This document shows, one piece after another, positions 30,969-42,192 of a DNA stretch of 64,000 bases. The DNA comes from Obrimoposthia wandeli (taxonomy: Eukaryota). Position 1 is the stretch's first letter. Each line of letters begins with the position of its first letter. Made by a program: the position numbers and the translations under genes. Location: positions 1 to 64,000 of the forward strand of contig CDROCS010000506.1 in the NCBI GenBank assembly GCA_977020255.1, given 5' to 3'. The notes under the pieces were generated by a model. It was given only the letters and a program-made list of their open reading frames with translations, did no database searches and was not told the DNA's origin.

Positions 30969-31799
30969 TTGATCATGACAAAAGTTTTTTTTAGTTTATT
31001 CATTATATTAACGAGTAGTTTCTACTCGGCGGCGAGTATTGCTAAGCCGTTATCCTATTGGGATAAGCGTGGTCCAGCCATAGCGCAAGATGTTGATCAC
31101 AGCCAATGGCAACACATTCTAAATCGCTACTTAATTATCGGTGAAGACAGCACTGCTATTAACTTATTCAATTATCAAGGTGTAACGAATGCAGATAAAG
31201 GCATTCTTAAACAGTATCTCACGCAACTACAAAGCATAAACCCGTTACAACATACCAAGGCACAACAACAAGCCTACTGGATTAACTTGTACAACGCGCT
31301 GACAGTACAACTGATACTCGATAATTATCCAGTGAAATCGATTACTAAACTCGGTGAGCGCTTCTTTTCATTTGGTCCATGGGATGATGATGCTGCGGTC
31401 GTTAATGGCAAAACGCTAAGTTTAAATGATATTGAGCACAAAATACTGCGTCCTATTTGGCAAGATCCGCGCATTCATTATGCCGTGAACTGTGCCAGCT
31501 ATGGTTGCCCAAACTTAGCCACTAGGGCTTTTACAGCGAACAACCTAGAACAACTATTAACGGCAGGTGCTTATGCTTATGTGAATCACCCACGCGGCGT
31601 AACGGTTAAAGGTAATGATTTGGAAGTATCGAGTATTTATGATTGGTATGCAGAAGATTTTGGCGACAATGAGAAAACACTCATTGAGCATTTTAAACGT
31701 TATGCCAATCCAGAATTAAAGCAAGCTTTGCTGTTATTTCAACAAAGCCCCGGTGACATAGATTATGAGTATGATTGGCGTTTAAATAAGTCTGAATAA
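30969..31799 (+). CDS. DUF547 domain protein (exported)
   Basis: AYWINLYNALT, LSLNDIEHKILR, DPRIHYAVNCASYGCP, SSIYDWY. Confidence 0.85.
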   Translation: MIMTKVFFSLFIILTSSFYSAASIAKPLSYWDKRGPAIAQDVDHSQWQHILNRYLIIGEDSTAINLFNYQGVTNADKGILKQYLTQLQSINPLQHTKAQQQAYWINLYNALTVQLILDNYPVKSITKLGERFFSFGPWDDDAAVVNGKTLSLNDIEHKILRPIWQDPRIHYAVNCASYGCPNLATRAFTANNLEQLLTAGAYAYVNHPRGVTVKGNDLEVSSIYDWYAEDFGDNEKTLIEHFKRYANPELKQALLLFQQSPGDIDYEYDWRLNKSE

Positions 31800-31856
31800 T
31801 AAACTGAAAGGTTCAATCACCACGATTCATCAAGGCGAAGGATCGTGGTAGTAGTC

Positions 31857-32402
31857 TTAAGGATGAGTAGTCACGCTACCAGTATCAGAATCATAGCGAA
31901 TGTATAATGATGAGTTATTCGTTCGTTGATACTGACAAACCCCATTAGACTCAGGGGGCGTGTTAAAATAACCATAAACAGCCGTGAATTCATCACCTTT
32001 ACCATCTTTAGCAAGTTTACTACTACCAGTATTTAAAATGGTATTCCAAAGTGATGCACAATCGGCAACATTATTAGTGCTAATTTCAGTAGTATCAATA
32101 TCAGGATAGCTTTGTGCAGGCCAACCCTTCTTATTAAAATCAATTTGCCCTTCAGCACCAGAACCATAGAGTTGTATATTATCGTTTGAGGTAATATCGG
32201 TTGCAGACCCCATAATCACCCATTTACTGTGGGCGAGGTTAACGGCACTTTTCAACGCGCCAGCCGTGCCTTCGACAACTGCAATTTCAGCATCGTCTGA
32301 TAAGTTTAAAAATTTAGGTAATGCCGTCGCAGATAATACCCCAAGGACAATAATCACAATAACTAATTCAATAAGGGTAAAACCATGTTGACGCACTTTC
32401 AA
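31857..32402 (-). CDS. Type IV (MSHA-like) prepilin
   Basis: G|FTLIELVIVIIVLGVLSATALPKF prepilin cleavage/methylation motif of the MshA/MshB type. Confidence 0.9.
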   Translation of the reverse strand: MKVRQHGFTLIELVIVIIVLGVLSATALPKFLNLSDDAEIAVVEGTAGALKSAVNLAHSKWVIMGSATDITSNDNIQLYGSGAEGQIDFNKKGWPAQSYPDIDTTEISTNNVADCASLWNTILNTGSSKLAKDGKGDEFTAVYGYFNTPPESNGVCQYQRTNNSSLYIRYDSDTGSVTTHP

Positions 32403-32473
32403 AATTTAAACCTTTTTAATAAATAACTCGCAGCTCATTATAGTGCACAAGCTCTAATTGTATATATGCAATA

Positions 32474-33753
32474 TTATTTATCGCTTTTTGTATTTTCAAA
32501 ATAATAGCTAATACGACTTCTCGGATTAAGATATTCGTAAATCTGTTCCGGTAATTTATCAGGTTTGAGCACACCCGTAATCTTTAACTGGCGTTCTTCC
32601 AAATCGATAATCGGCGCTTCGGCGCGCGGTACTTCTGAATCATAAATCAGGATATTGGGAGATAATAGTCTTTCTGAATTAACAGACAGCACCATGCCTA
32701 TTTGATCATTCGATAATCGCACGACACTACCAGGAGGATAGATCCCCAATATCTTAACTAATAACTTCAAGTCACTCTGGTTATATTTATTTACACTATT
32801 TTTATACAACCAAGATAATGCAGTAGACGGTACTCGCGCTTTACTTATATCCAGTGGATGACAAAGGGTATCGTATTTATTAACGACACTAACCAATTGC
32901 ACCAGAGGATCAATATCATCGCCCGCTAAACCTTTCGGATAGCCGCTACCATCCAATAATTCATGATGCTGAGAGATAATCGCTTTCGCGTCTTCCGGAA
33001 AAGTATCGACTAAATTAACAAAATCTAGCCCATACTTTGGATGCTGTTTTAAAAAATTAAGCTCGGCACTGGTAAGTGCGGTCTTTTTTCGCAGTATTTG
33101 CGGTGGAATTTTTAGCTTACCCATGTCATGGAATAAAGCGCCCATGCCAATGGTTTTAATTTCGTTTACATCTAAACCTTTCATTTTCGCCAGCAGCATA
33201 GACAATACTGACACATTCAAGGAGTGGTAATAAATGTTTTCGCTTTCTTTGGTTTCACTCATTAAATGTAAAACAATATGTTCTTCTTTTAATAGTGACT
33301 CGGCCATGTTGCTAACAAGTTGAGTGGCTTCGTCAATAGCATTAAGTGGACGACTCGCAAGTTTGGTCATCACAGAACGCACTTGAACAGCAGCTGATTG
33401 GAAGTTTTTCTCTGTCTTGATTATTTTACGGCGATGGCTTTTTAGTTTTTCAATATTCTCTTGCTTCGACTCCCACAACTCCCGTTGAATTATCTCTAGA
33501 TCAAGGTTAGATATATCAGAAGGAGGAACTGTTGAATCTGAGGTCGATGTTGGTGGTAACAAGCCATTATCACTACGCTGTGGGTACACAGATACGTGCG
33601 AAACGCCTAGTTTACGAATAAGTAAAAGCTGTTCTTCAGAATCAATTTTGAAATTGTTGAACATGAAAGATGGCTTCCACCAACAAGGGTACCTCAAATA
33701 TGGTTTTAGCTCAATGATCGATTTTTACCTTAATATACTCTTAAACAACTCAT
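32474..33753 (-). CDS. DUF3391/HD-GYP c-di-GMP phosphodiesterase; 5' end garbled
   Basis: YYHSLNV, FHDMGK, HHELLDGSGYPKGL. The expected N-terminus (EYIKVKID) is in another frame, with a probable ATG at 33753. Confidence 0.8.
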
Positions 33754-34007
33754 AATAAACCAACAAAACTGGAGGCATTTTAAAAACTAAGTGTATATTT
33801 TAAAGCTGTTTATATACTAAAATACATAATAACAACTATTATAATTTTGGATTTTTAATCTACAAATTTATAATAATCTTAACTTATAACTCAAGTACTA
33901 AAACAGATGTCAAGAAAACAAACCACGAAATAAACGACAGGTCATATCAACAATTAACGTGATAAAACCTGACATATTCATAAGCTTAGCAATTTTATTG
34001 ATTTAAC

Positions 34008-34775
34008 TTAATTCGCTTTATTCCAATCAATACATTGCTGTAAAGTGATACCAGAACCACCAAATATATCCAGTGCACTCCCGATCGTTAAATCAACTTT
34101 ACCATTGGATAAGCGGTCGACTAAACTCAATAAAAGTCGTCAATGTTTGCGCCACCTCAAAGCATTGTGGCTCACCGGTATGCTGGTGGGTGCTTGGCCT
34201 TAAAAACCAGTCTCTTCGATCACATCATTTTGTAGCCCTCTCATACCCGCAGCATGAATCAAAAATTCGGCGCAATGCTCTGAAAGTTGCTGCAATGTTT
34301 CAGCATTAATCACAGTACTTGTGACAGTTTGCCAACGATTCGTCGCTATATTCCAACCCTCTGTGGTTTTCCTACAACTCAAATCCAAAATTAAATGCGC
34401 TTTACCGATCAGTGCTTTTAACTGCGCTAATTTATCCCAGCTAAACTCGTCGCCATCAAATAAATATGATGTAACAATCACATGAGATGCACCAGCTTCT
34501 ATATACTTAGCTGCATTGGTTAAATTAACCCCACCACCAAACTGCAAGCCTTGTGGCCATGCCCTTAACGCCTTGACAACTTCCGCTTCATTATTGGGGC
34601 CTAACGCAATGACATGGCCACCACGCAGATCGTGTTGACGATAAATATTGGCGTAATAAGCAGCATCATATTGGCTAATAAAATTAGTAGCAGCGCCTTG
34701 ATCATTCAAGCTACCACCAACAATTTGTTTTACTTTACCTTGGTGTAAATCAATACAAGGACGAAACTGAGTCAA
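34008..34775 (-). pseudogene. hisA: Eukaryotic-type (His6-like) ProFAR isomerase, internally frameshifted
   Basis: FRPCIDLHQGKVKQIVGG...HVIVTS...LDLSCRK. The C-terminus [23 protein letters not shown] resumes after a garbled patch and ends at 34008, giving 768 nt, in frame overall. Confidence 0.8.
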
Positions 34776-35076
34776 AACAACACTCCTCTGTTAAAGACTA
34801 AACGATCAATTCCTGATCATAGACCGCATTACGTATAAACATGTGGTTTAACAGTATATACGTAATGCGCTCCTTTTCAGCATTTAAAATGGTTAATCGT
34901 TATGACACATAAAATGTTAAATTAGAGTTAAGTTTCAACCTAAAACATTTACGTTATATGCTACCCTGTTGTTGGTAATACATAAGCATGAGTAACCGTG
35001 ACACATCGTATTTATTTTTCATAATAATAGTATTAAATATCATAAAAAATGACATTTAATACTATCGGAGCTAGGT

Positions 35077-37996
35077 TTGAAAAAAATTAAGTTATCGCTG
35101 ACAAATTATACTGCAATGGCATTCTCAATATTTCTATTTATTACCATCAGTGCATTAATTTCAATCAGTTATAATCGAATGTCAGAAATGGCGCATGACG
35201 CGGTGTCACAACAGTTTCAACGTTATGTTGACGACATTTACACGTCAGTGAGTGATAAATACAAACCTATCACACAACTTTTTGGTTACCTTAGTACCAG
35301 CTCTGATTGGGACAATGAACAAGCCTCAGATGTCAGTTTAATCAAAGCAATGGATCTTACTCGCTACCTCGCGAAAGATACATTAACCAACTCGATTTAT
35401 ATGAGTTTTCCGAATGGTGATCTACTCGGCGCACACAAGCTAAGTTCTAAAACTCAACAGTACTATTATGACGCACCGGAACACGCTAAGTTTGTCATCG
35501 AAACACTGACATACAAACAAGCTAATTCAAATGAACTGACCCGAGTTTACCTCAGCAAAAGTTTTGACGTCATTGATACAACTGTAACTAAGAATGATTC
35601 GTTAAATGTCTTTGAACGCGATTGGTACAAAATTGGTATGCAGAGTCCTAATTTGGTGCCAACACCTATCTATAAAGATTTAAGAACCAATGAAGACTCA
35701 TTAACGCTGGTACAAAAACACAACTTTTCTGATGTTGTTATTGCCACCGACCTTAATATTAGAACCATAGTAGATAGCCTTAAAGCCTCCGATTTGAGTC
35801 ATGATGCGATACGCGTGTTATTTGGTGACAAAGGGCAGTTCGTTGTTTATCACGACAACGATAGCCGTTTCTCTAATGTCGACGATATATCAGTTAATAC
35901 AGCGATGGGAAACCTGCTACAAAAAGACAATTTTAAGACCATCATCCGTGATAATCTCAATAAAAATAATCTTTTCACTTTTAATTTCCAAGATAAACAA
36001 TGGCTCGCACAAACTCACAACATGAGCTTTATGCAGAATAACAACGCACGCCTTCTCATTGCTGTGCCAGAAGAGAGTATCTTAGGCCCAACAAAGAAAA
36101 TGCTCAGTGAAACCATGCTAATGTTAGTTTCAGTCGGGGTTTTATTCATTCCATTAAGTTGGTTATTTGCACGTGTATTAACACGACCATTACGTACCCT
36201 CTCAGAACAAATTAAACAAGTTACCGCGTTAGACGTTTCAGAAACCGAAACAGAGCTATCTCATATTGAAGAAATAGCAGAACTACAGCAATCGACTGCG
36301 AAAATGCGGAAAACACTGGATGACTTTTTACGCTTACTCACCATCCTCTCTAACGAACAAGATATTCATAGTTTATTAGAAAAAACCTGTGATAAAGCCA
36401 GTGTGATGCTTGAAGCCGACAGTGCGTTTGTATATTTAAAATCCGAAGAAGATGACAGCATATTAGAACCCTTTATTTTACATACTCAAAAAATAATGAA
36501 AGACAAAGGCGGATATTGCCTGAAAGTGCCCTAGTCTCAATAATAAATAATGCATGAAATTAAGAAACAATGTCAATGTTAAAGATATTCAATTTAACCT
36601 TATCCACCCAATGCTAAAAACAGCGTTAGTGAAAGCAGGCATTCACCCTGAAAATAGTAATGTTTATACGTTAACAATTCCCTTGGTCGATCGCAGCGGC
36701 CACATTCTAGGTCTACTTGGTTTTAGTTATGACGAATGCCTTGCTGGCGAAGACCTCACGCATGTCATGGGCGTGGCAAAAGCACTATCGGACTTTGTCT
36801 CGCTCTCTTTTGAAGGCCAAGATTTAATTGCCAAACAAAAAGAGCTGCTCAACTCGTTTATCAGATTGATTGCTGGTGCGATTGATACAAAATCGCCCTA
36901 CACTGGCGCTCACTGTCAACGCGTGCCCGAACTTGCCAGTATGCTCGCTGATGCGGCGTGTAAATCAACACAAACACAATTCCGTAAATTCAGTCTGGAT
37001 TCAGAGGGCTGGGAACAACTTAACATCGCAGCTTGGTTACATGACTGTGGCAAGGTGACCACACCCGAATATGTGATTGATAAAGCGACTAAATTAGAAA
37101 CAATTTATAACCGTATAAATGAAATTAGAATGCGATTTGAAGTGCTTATCCGAGATGCTCAAATCCAAGCCATCACGGCAATTTCACAAGGCGAATGTGC
37201 GAAGCAAACCAACAGCATATTGGCCGACAACATACAGCAAATCGAAGCTGACTTTGCATTTATCGCTCAGTGTAACCTCGGCGAAAATTTTATTGATGAT
37301 GATACGATTGCTAGAATAGAGTCTATCTCTCAGCAGACTTGGTTGCGTTTCCTAGATGATGAACTCGGGCTTTCACCTGCTGAACTTGCACAAAAAAACA
37401 GACCAAATCCAATTACCCTACCGATAATGGAACCCGTGTTATCAGATCGTACCGAACACATGATCCCACACATTGATAACTCATTAGAATTAGAAGCTCA
37501 CTTACGCTTTAACATGAAACGCCCGCTGCACCGTAATGACCTGGGTGAATTACATAATCTGATGATCCAACGAGGTACGATCAATGCTGAAGAACGCTAT
37601 ATCATTAACCACCATGTGATTCAAACAATTACCATGTTGGAACAGCTGCCATTACCGCCACATCTAAGCCGTGTACCCGAGATTGCAGGTGGTCATCACG
37701 AACAATTAAATGGTCGAGGTTACCCACGAGGCCATCAAGAAGAAGAAATATCGCTTGAAGCACGTATATTAGCGATTGCAGATGTATTTGAAGCGCTTAC
37801 TGCCAGCGATAGGCCTTATAAAACAGCGAAGTCGTTAAGCCAAAGTATTAAAATATTAAGCTTCATGAGTAAAGACCGACATATAGATAGCGATCTATTT
37901 AAACTGTTTTTAAGTTCGGGGATTTATCTTGAATATGCACATAAATACCTAAAACCAGCGCAAATTGATGAAGTCGATATCGCGGCGTATTTATAG
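35077..37996 (+). pseudogene. Cache/HAMP/GAF/HD-GYP phosphodiesterase split into two ORFs (35077-36534 and 36554-37996)
   Basis: ORF1 has TM, sensor, TM, HAMP and the start of GAF. ORF2 has the rest of GAF, DTKSPYTGAHCQRVP, WLHDCGK and HHEQLNGRGYP. Total length is one base off frame. Confidence 0.8.
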
Positions 37997-38070
37997 CAGT
38001 CACGCTCTCGTCAGCTCTAAATTGCAGATCCTAGCTTATGGCTTATGGGATGGCTGGTTATGAGTATGTG

Positions 38071-38150
38071 TTGTGAATTGTGAATTGTGAATTGTGAATT
38101 GTGAATTGTGAATTGTGAATTGTGAATTGTGAATTGTGAATTGTGAATTG
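38071..38150. repeat. Perfect heptanucleotide tandem repeat (TTGTGAA)x11
   Basis: Eleven exact units at 38071-38147 plus TTG. Confidence 0.97.
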
Positions 38151-38179
38151 CAGCGGTTTTCTATACACCAGAAACTAAA

Positions 38180-38203
38180 ATGCCATCTATAAATAGATGG
38201 CAT
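38180..38203 (-). terminator. Intrinsic terminator after the small ORF
   Basis: ATGCCATCTAT-aa-ATAGATGGCAT, followed by a T run on the minus strand. Confidence 0.7.
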
Positions 38204-38224
38204 CAAATTCTGAATTCTTAGAAA

Positions 38225-38308
38225 TTAGTAACCGAAATGTCTTGGGTAAGTGAATTTTGTGTTATATAAATCACCGAAAACAGGTGTTGCAGGTACTGAA
38301 TTTTTCAT
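38225..38308 (-). CDS. Candidate 27-aa small protein MKNSVPATPVFGDLYNTKFTYPRHFGY
   Basis: ATG preceded by AAGGTG at 6-nt spacing, TAA stop, terminator 21 nt downstream, and a CRP site upstream. It is below the ORF-track length cutoff. Confidence 0.5.
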   Translation of the reverse strand: MKNSVPATPVFGDLYNTKFTYPRHFGY

Positions 38309-38430
38309 AGAGGTCACCTTCTAAATCATTAATCAAAAATTGAACCACGTGGCTCAGTTGATCTCGGTTCCTTGGAGGCGGTTTAACGGACTCATCCTTT
38401 GAGCATTTTTCTATCTTCTTGTTCAGAAGA

Positions 38431-38446
38431 TGTGACCAATGTAACA
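38431..38446. promoter_or_regulatory. CRP-type binding site
   Basis: TGTGA-CCAATG-TAACA (9/10 core) with AT-rich flanks. Confidence 0.6.
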
Positions 38447-38559
38447 TAAAAAACTTATTACGCAAGCTTTCATTTGAAACCCATCACATAATCAAACAAA
38501 TAAACTAGACAGAGTTTCACGCATAAATGTGATCATCCTTCACTCTAATCCATTTCAGC

Positions 38560-41500
38560 CTACATATTGCGGCGATATTTACCACCAACTAAATACAATA
38601 CATCAGTCAATTGAGATAGGCTGGCAAATGGTGCAGCATCCATGAGCACTGTAAAACTATTGCTTTCAGTATCATGATTAGCTAATAGCGCCACCTTCAT
38701 CGCCGCCAATGACAACTCACCTTGCTGTTTATTTTGCTGCTTGAATCGTAGCACAGCATCAATTTGTTGCTGCTTCTTACTCTCGCTGCAGCGTACCAAC
38801 TGTTTATCACTCAGTGGCATCGCATCATGCTCTGGGACATCGCGAGACATACAATTAATCCCCACCATATCAAGCTTTCCGCTACCTTTTAATTTCTCGT
38901 AATACATACTTTGTTGCTGGATCTGCGTGCGTTGATAGCCGGTTTCAATTGCACCTAGTACCCCACCACGACGGGCTAAACGATTAAACTCGCCATATAC
39001 GGCTTCTTCGACAAGGTTGGTTAATAGTTCGATAACATAACTGCCCTGAAACGGATTTTGATTTTTATTCAGTCCAAACTCACGATTAATAATGGATTGA
39101 ATCGAAAGTGCCCGATAAACCGAGTTTTCCGTTGGTGTCGTAATCGTTTCATCATACGCATTGGTATGCAGGCTATTACAGTTATCACAAAGTGCATAAA
39201 TGGCTTGTAGACTGGTTCTAATATCATTTAAATCAATTTCTTGTGATTGTAAACTACGGCCAGATGTTTGAATGTGATACTTCAATTTTTGGCTACGATC
39301 ATTGGCGCTATATACTGACTTCAATGTTCGCGCCCATATCCGCCGTGCAACGCGCCCTATCACTGCATACTCAGGATCCATACCATTACTAAAGAAGAAG
39401 CTTAATCGTGGCGCAACATCGTCAATGTCTAATCCTTGCGCTAAATAATATTCTAATAACGTAAAACCGTTGGCGAGTGTAAAGGCCAGCTGAGTAACGG
39501 GATTAGCCCCCGCCTCACCAATGTGATAACCACTTACTGAAACAGGGTAAAATTTCGCAATCGCGTTGGCGCTAAAATAACCTTGCATATCGGCCATTAG
39601 CTTAAGCGCAAAGTCTAATGAGAAAATACACTCGTTCTGCGCAATCTCTTCTTTTAAAATGTCAGCTTGCAGCGTGCCTCTAACCTTATTGTAAGTTGCG
39701 GTTTTCAGCGCTGTGTATTCAGCCTCTAACCCCAGTAGCTTGGTCATTAACACCTGACCCGATATGCCGAGTAACTTAAGCTACCATCATGGTAAGCCCC
39801 ACGATACAAACCGACCGTGTTTAGTACTCCCGCAGAGGTCTTTACGAGTACTATTATTGTTGTTGGCTATTATTGCCACTAGTACTGCCACTACTGATGC
39901 AAGATGATAAATACGCTTTAATGAGTTTGTTGGCTTTAGGCCATAACTTGGTTTGGGTTAAATACAACTCAACTTGTTGGTCAATAGCTGTATGTAAAAA
40001 CCACGCCATGAGTATTGGTGCTGGGCCGTTAATCGTCATCGATACCGACGAACCTGAATCACACAGATCAATGCCGGAATACAATACTTTCATATCATCC
40101 AATGTGGCAATTGAGACACCCGACATACCAATACAGGCGAATACATCAGGGCTTATTTCAGGATCATGTCCATACAAGGTATTCGGATCAAATGCCGTTG
40201 ATAAACGAATCGACTTTTGGCCTTTAATTAAATAATGAAAGCGCTTATTGGTATCTTCCGGTAAGCCTTCTCCGGCAAACATCCGCGTAGGGTCTTCATC
40301 ATTGTGTCTTGTCGGAAAAACACCCGCAGTATAAGGGAACTGCCCAGGTCGATTTTCATTCAGTAAAAAAGCCGTAATGTTATCCCAATGGTCTTCGTTT
40401 GGTTTCGCCACATGAGGGATCACGGTGCCACTTAAACTAACAAAGTGGTCTTTGTGTTCACCATACGATTGCTGGCAATCGATGGTATCAACCCCCTCTT
40501 CAATGCGTTTTAACGCGAGATCTTCATCGTCTCTAAACCAAGCTAATAAAGCATGACGAAGTGGCACTGAAATCTTAGTTAAAAGCTTGTTATAACGTGT
40601 TCTTAACGGCGGTCACTTTTTAACGCCGCGGCGTGAGATAACTATGCTCACAGATTTTCTCTTATATTTGCCGCGAGTTTAACAGGTGAGAATGAGGATC
40701 TGCTAAAAACTATGCAGTTATGCAGTTCGCGTACTTGTTCTATTTGCTGTAAATGACTATCGGATAGCGCGGCATAATGGTTACAACGCGGTTTAAATAA
40801 TCACTGAGTATTTGATAGCATTGACGACGGTGAGCTGTAATCATAACGTAATGGCTACAAATAGCGGTTAAATAATCTGGATGTCAAAATCATAACGTGG
40901 GATGTCTGTGTTGTTGTTGGTAAGATTTTTTGACGTCAGCCTGAGCGGTAAAAGGTAACTTAGTCATCAAAAATGCAATAAAACGACCAAAGCCATGATC
41001 ATTATAATGGCTTGCTACCATCGGAAAAACGGGCAGTTCATTGCCAGCAATCACCTTTTCTTGCTGGTTAAAACGCCATTGCTGCTGCACATCATTAAAG
41101 GCATCTTCACTGCCTTGTTGGTCGGCTTTATTCAGCACCACAGCATCGGCATATTGTAACATCTCAATTTTTTCTAATTGGCTGCTGGCACCATAATCCT
41201 TAGTCATTAAGTAAAGACTAAAATCAACCATATCAACAATGGCACTGTCACTTTGACCAATACCTGCGGTCTCTACTAATACCAAATCAAAGCCTTGATT
41301 AATCAATATAGGTACACAGGTTTGTAACGATTGACTGACCGACACATTGGCTTGTCGTGTGGCAATCGAACGCATGAATAAACGATCGTGCGGCAAGGTA
41401 TTAATGCGGATACGATCACCCAGTAATGCCCCCCCTGTTTTTTGAGCGCTGGGATCAACGGCTAAATAAGCGATCTTAATATCAGGATAAAGCGCTAACA

Positions 41501-42146
41501 ACGCTGCTAGCAACTCATCACTAAAGGTACTTTTACCCGCGCCTCCCGTCCCTGTGATCCCCATGACCATGGTTTTCTTGGCTGGTAAGCTTGATGATAA
41601 TGTCGCTGACACACTCGCTAAGCGGTCTTGCTCAATCGCCGTGATTAATTGACCTAGATACAAATCAGTTGCAGGTTTAACGCCTACTTTTTTAACCTTG
41701 AATTTTGCTTTACCTTTAGGCTTTATCGCGACTAAACGGTTTAATAAGTCACTGATCATCTCGTCTAAACTTAACACATCGGCACTGGTATAAACGCTGT
41801 GCCTTGCTCCTCTAGTCTTCTGGCCTTCAGTTGACACGGAATGAGTGCACCGCCGCCACTTGAATATTGCTGGGCTTGCACCGACATCGGCGAGGCTAGA
41901 TAATAAGAAACCAAAATACGGATTATGCCCACCTTGGTAGGAACTCATGGCGATGGCATCAACATCTTCTTGCAGTGCCGTTGTCACCACATCGTGAACA
42001 GATCGGTTAATGCCTAAGTGTATGACTTCAACTCCCCGCGCTTGTAATAACCGCCGTACGATATTAATGGCAGCGTCGTGACCATCAAACAAACAGGTCG
42101 CTGTTAAAATGCGTAAGGGGAACTTGGTTGAAGTCGTTTTCATCAC
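38560..42146 (-). pseudogene. icmF: Fused isobutyryl-CoA mutase/MeaB-like GTPase in three fragments (40890-42146, 39854-40567, 38560-39753)
   Basis: B12-binding LFDGHDAAINI, P-loop GTGGAGKST, VETAGIGQSD, PTRMFAGEG (Phe as in ICM), SMTINGPAP, QADILKE, KLKYHIQTSGRSL, NSLHTNAYDE, GGKYRRNM. Confidence 0.88.
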
Positions 42147-42192
42147 TCTTCACTCCATAATTTTTATAAGACTAGCGAACACAGGTTTTGGT

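Noticed and set aside
38238-38250. An 11-nt match (TACCCAAGACA) between the small ORF and the ERIC-like left end
   Set aside because: There is no internal ERIC blocks or matching right end, so it is treated as chance. It is a minor caveat for the small-ORF call.
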